Origin: Podarcis melisellensis
Taxonomy: Eukaryota
Length of the DNA stretch: 64,000 bases
Direction: 5' to 3' (one strand)
NCBI GenBank assembly: GCA_964234715.1
Contig: OZ174289.1
Part shown: piece by piece, positions 61,822-64,000 of the stretch
Layout: each line of letters opens with the position of its first letter
Position numbering within the stretch: position 1 is the first letter of the stretch
The notes under the pieces: model-generated
Databases searched by the model: none
What the model was told of the DNA's origin: nothing
What the model saw: only the letters and a program-made list of their open reading frames with translations
Position numbers and translations under genes: made by a program

Positions 61822-64000
61822 GTGCTTATATACACCATTTTGCCACAAGTGACCTCAAAGCTGTTTACATAAAAATAAATCATACCATTACAAACCACAG
61901 AGCACAATTAAGATAACAGTAAAATCTCACCAATATCGAATTACAAGAACACAACGTCATTACTATGAAACAACAAACCCCATGCTCAAAAACATTCTAA
62001 CCATAGCCAGCAAAACGAGAAAAAATGAGCCCGTTCTCACTGAACAGTGACAAAGAAACATGTGACCAGCCATATGACACCAGGCAGAGGGTGTTCCAGA
62101 ACTGAGGCACCACGACCCTACATATTTTGCAGCGTAAATAAGCTGACCTTGTTTACAAAGACTACTAAGGGTGCAGACTGTGTTCTGTTTTGTATCCCTG
62201 GCCCTTGCAGTGCAACTATGTTCCTCTTGCATCAGTTTCCTCAAGAATGACCCTCGTGGCTAATTGCTCCTAAACCAGGACGGAAGCTTTTGATAAGTGA
62301 AGGCTCATCAAGCAGTTGACCAATAATGCTTTGGTGCCTAAAGTGGAAAATCCAGATAGAAAAACCCAAATTATATCACCCGTACAGGGGCTGGGAGGAA
62401 AATAAAACTTCTCCACTGCCACTTTGCCACACATAAATGTTGCTCAAAAATATGGTGCCTCGGACAGTTTTGTGCTCTTGTGCTCTTGGACTTGGACCCG
62501 GTCCTGAAGATGAGTTGTGGAGTTGAGCCTGGTGAGCAGCAGTTTTTCCTCCACCCACTATGTTTATCTTGGGCCAAAATCACACCTCACCAGCCCAGGC
62601 TGCCCTTGCTTGGAACTCTGGGAGGTTAGGGTATGGCTGGTTTGCACTTCAATGAGGTTTGTCTGAGTAAATATAGTTTCCTTGGGTTATTGTTAAAAAC
62701 GGTAATGGCTCTGGAAAGGAAGCAGGAGGTTCTCCAGGACTTCAGAGGGGATTCTCTTCCAGCTACCTGGAGATGCCAGTGGGGATGGGGCCTGGGGCTC
62801 CACCGCTGACTATGGCCCTCCCTCTCCTCTCAAGACTCACAGCACAGGCATAAGACCCTGCTCTCCCCTTCTGCGCTGTGGAAAGGAGCTACTTTTCAAA
62901 GGAGGAACTGTGGCCGCATGTAATCCCTGGGCGATTGTAAAATTTATTTTGAATAAAGTGGATGTAAGAGATCCTTGAAGGGAAATTGGTTCCATCTAAA
63001 TCTTTCACTGGTCTGTCAGTTTTGTGGTTTGTTTTGAAGACGGAGTTGCTGAAAGCACCCGGCTGCTGATCTCAGTCGGCTGGCGTAGCTGCATTGTCCT
63101 GGCAGCATCACTAGGGCTGGGAGGTCTCAGTGCCCCAAGGCTCCCACCTGGTAGGTTTGGTCTCCAGGTTTCTCAGAAGGTGTTTGCTGGCTGAGAAGGT
63201 GTGTCCTTTATAGGACATGAGAACGGCACGTTTCTGCATGGAGAGCATGCAAATGTTTCCAAGGTTTCATGTCCTCCCAATGGTCAGGGCTCCCCTGGGC
63301 CTCTAAGAGAAGGGAATCCCATCTAACTCTGAGGGTCCCTGAGTGCTTTCAGGCACAGTCATTTTTCGCATTTGCTGCCCAGAAAGAATTGGTGGAAAGC
63401 TTCTCTCAGCTGATCCTGGAGATCAAAGTAGATCATTTGTAACTGTGGCTTAGCATTTATAGTTTCTTTGGCAAACCACAGTTCCCCATTTCCTCAAGGG
63501 CTGCTTCTAATGAGTCTTGAAACTTATTCTGTGACATGCTTAAATGTTGTGTGTGGATTACTGACTTGTTCCTTTAGGTTAACGAAGGATGTTTGCTCTG
63601 CTCTGCTATCAGCAGAGGGCGCTGCAGAGCACAAAGCGCATCACATCTTCTTCCCAGTCAGCTTGTCTTCTGTGATTTTGAAGTTCCAAACTATATTAAA
63701 TATACCTTCCTAAAAACCTGCAATTTACCCACTCCAAGATTTAAAAAAAACACCACCTTTTTTGAGAATTTAAAGGAAGAGGCATTGCAGCAAGCATGTT
63801 CTCTGAATTTAAAAGCAACTTGGCACTATTAAATCGCAATGAAAACTGAATGAGTATTCTTAATAGGAAGGTTCAAACAGAGATTCTGCTGCTTTTTCTC
63901 TCTCACTTCCTGATACAGGATATTTTTCATAGGAAGACCCTTGCATTTTATATCTTTTTATCTGTACTAAAAATGTACTTCCTTTTAATACACAACTCCT

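Noticed and set aside
61361-61907. Poly-P/poly-L/poly-E ORFs
   Set aside because: Translations of intronic trinucleotide microsatellites.
63886-63930. Acceptor-like site …cttcctgatacag|gat as exon 6
   Set aside because: Downstream sequence does not continue the DENN-domain peptide.

Overview
Squamate (probably lacertid lizard) genomic DNA from inside the DENND1A (connecdenn 1) gene, transcribed on the + strand. Three coding exons are recognisable: the 3' part of exon 3 (26220-26242; its acceptor lies in an N-gap), exon 4 (52032-52081) and exon 5 (60856-60975). Exon numbering follows human DENND1A as I recall it. The rest is intron carrying a dense, layered transposon record: Sauria SINEs and Bov-B; CR1 and CR1-tailed tRNA SINEs; L2 and CORE-type SINEs; L1; RTE; a Tc1 DD34E transposon; two hAT transposase fossils; and many TA- or 8-bp-TSD MITEs. 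TE-poor, enhancer-like stretches are interspersed. The most notable observations are: (i) two near-identical, young, palindromic Penelope-type insertions carrying minimal hammerhead ribozymes (14677-14890, 56950-57214), with a shared internal breakpoint; (ii) a candidate small exon at 18614-18651 whose phases let it replace exon 2 in frame, but which introduces a stop if spliced after exon 2; (iii) a multi-layer TE cluster at 13.6-16.0 kb built around a fish/frog-like IR-DR Tc1. All identifications are by eye and from recalled consensus or protein sequences; no database search was run.
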